Source of the DNA: a virus
Lineage: Duplodnaviria; Caudoviricetes
Length of the DNA: 48,698 bases
Direction: 5' to 3' (one strand)
Virus record (IMG/VR): IMGVR_UViG_3300020045_006937
Location: 1 to 48,698 of that record
The position numbers and the translations under genes are program-made. Shown here one piece after another: positions 47,471-48,698 of the stretch; position 1 is the first letter of the stretch, and the number at the start of each line of letters is the position of its first letter. The notes beneath the pieces were generated by a model. The model searched no databases. It was given only the letters and a program-made list of their open reading frames with translations, and was not told the DNA's origin.

Positions 47471-48696
47471 TATATACCGTATTGATTTGTGAAATCTTGT
47501 TCTTTATTCCTAAGTCTCATATAATTTGCAAAACGATTAGTATCTGCGATATTGCTAATACCAGCCGCCACTGTTTGACCCGCGGCAATATTTTTTTGCT
47601 CAAACGCTCTTAGCGAGTCCTCGAATATATTACGGCTCATATTAGCCTTTTGATAAGCTAAATTAGCAGCGAATCCTTGTTTTTGTTGTTGTAGCTCAGT
47701 ATTAGCGCTTGCGTTCTGTAAAGAGCGCATAAATGCGTTATTAGAAGCGTTACGTTGCATATTAAAAGCATTACCCCCACTACCACCTGAATAATTCTTG
47801 GCGGCAAACGTATCAGCATTTAATAAGTTCTGATTTTGTTGGTCAAGTAAGAATTGTTGCTCGCCTGTAAATCCAAACTTCGCGTTCTTTTGAGCTGTAT
47901 TTACATTCTCTAAAAATGTTGGGTCGATTGTATTTACTGGACGTTTATCCTTTAAGCCTTTTCTTCCCTCGCTAATTTGATAAGCAGCTAATCCATAATT
48001 AGCAATAGCGCTTCCTAATCCATCAGTGTTAACACTACCTACCTTATCCCAAAAACCTGTTTTGGCTTTAGTTGGAGTTGTAGCAACTGGATTAGTATCA
48101 ATAGCATTTGCGTTGGGATTGTTGATTTCCTTTAAAGCATCTTCTGTTTCTACTGCTGATAAATCTGGCTTTATTGGTGAAATATATTCACGCGGAACAA
48201 AAGACTTTGATTTGTATGTTTTTTTAGGAGTAGTTTTTTTAGTTTCAGTGTTAGGTTTTTTATCGCCAATTTTAGTTACACCATCTTTAGGTGTTCCTTT
48301 AGCATAACCCTCCACTTTATCTCCATCATCTTCTTCTGCTTCTGGGGCAAGTTTTTCTAAAACATCATCCCCTAATTTATCTTCAACAGTTTCCTTTTGC
48401 TCAGGTGTTAATAATTCTTCACCATTACTTAGTTTAACTGGCACTCCATTCTTTTGATGTAATTTTGCTTTACCGTTCTTCATTCCTAAAGCGGATTTAA
48501 TTCTCTTAGCCATATCTGCGTTTTTAGCGGGCACAACAAAAGAGCCGTGTTCAACTTCAGCATCTATGCTATCACTTGTTCCCGTCCCTTTACCTTTAAT
48601 CTCGCCTCCTTTAGCGAATTCACTAGGACGGTAAGTATTAGGTGAACTAAAAGAAGTTTCTCCTTGATTACGTTTAAGTTTAGCGAGTGCTACTGC
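47470..48696 (-). CDS. Probable internal virion protein, 5' end outside the window
   Basis: Frame stays open to the edge: FAKGGEIKGKGTGTSDSIDAEVEHGSFVVP; Gln/Asn/Ala-rich C-terminus. Confidence 0.7.
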   Translation of the reverse strand, partial: AVALAKLKRNQGETSFSSPNTYRPSEFAKGGEIKGKGTGTSDSIDAEVEHGSFVVPAKNADMAKRIKSALGMKNGKAKLHQKNGVPVKLSNGEELLTPEQKETVEDKLGDDVLEKLAPEAEEDDGDKVEGYAKGTPKDGVTKIGDKKPNTETKKTTPKKTYKSKSFVPREYISPIKPDLSAVETEDALKEINNPNANAIDTNPVATTPTKAKTGFWDKVGSVNTDGLGSAIANYGLAAYQISEGRKGLKDKRPVNTIDPTFLENVNTAQKNAKFGFTGEQQFLLDQQNQNLLNADTFAAKNYSGGSGGNAFNMQRNASNNAFMRSLQNASANTELQQQKQGFAANLAYQKANMSRNIFEDSLRAFEQKNIAAGQTVAAGISNIADTNRFANYMRLRNKEQDFTNQYGI

Positions 48697-48698
48697 AT

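Noticed and set aside
40266-48307. Plus-strand ORFs within the virion genes, and similar antisense ORFs elsewhere
   Set aside because: Fully overlap longer motif-bearing genes on the opposite strand
1-48698. Stop-codon reassignment as in some crAss-like phages
   Set aside because: Long genes are intact in the standard code, with TAA, TGA and TAG all used as stops

Overview
AT-rich (roughly one-third GC by eye) fragment of a tailed dsDNA phage of Bacteroidota, with crAss-like packaging and virion genes and TAnnTTTG-type promoters. Left to right: the terminase module (minus, 1-5.9 kb); a composition-flip region between two divergent GIY-YIG genes (6.0-7.6 kb); small early genes (plus, 7.6-11.6 kb); two inverted, colinear operons (12.7-15.05 kb minus and 21.57-23.63 kb plus); a replication/recombination block (SF2 helicase, primase-helicase, 3'-5' exonuclease, SSB-like, RusA-like, GroES-like; 24.6-36 kb); and virion/injected protein genes (minus, 37.5 kb to end). 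The most unusual signals are: (1) the inverted operons share 12 short near-identical anchors separated by unrelated in-frame inserts, one of them a 76-bp exact copy of an early gene, suggesting a cassette-shuffling system; (2) two clusters of tandem structured non-coding RNA modules, one behind a promoter plus boxA-like site and one containing a tRNA-like RNA with three T-arms; (3) eight paired TTACA-N5/6-TGTAA sites with an invariant 23-bp gap; and (4) a strongly over-represented YCCCGCCGA word. All function calls come from motif recognition by eye; no searches or folding were run.
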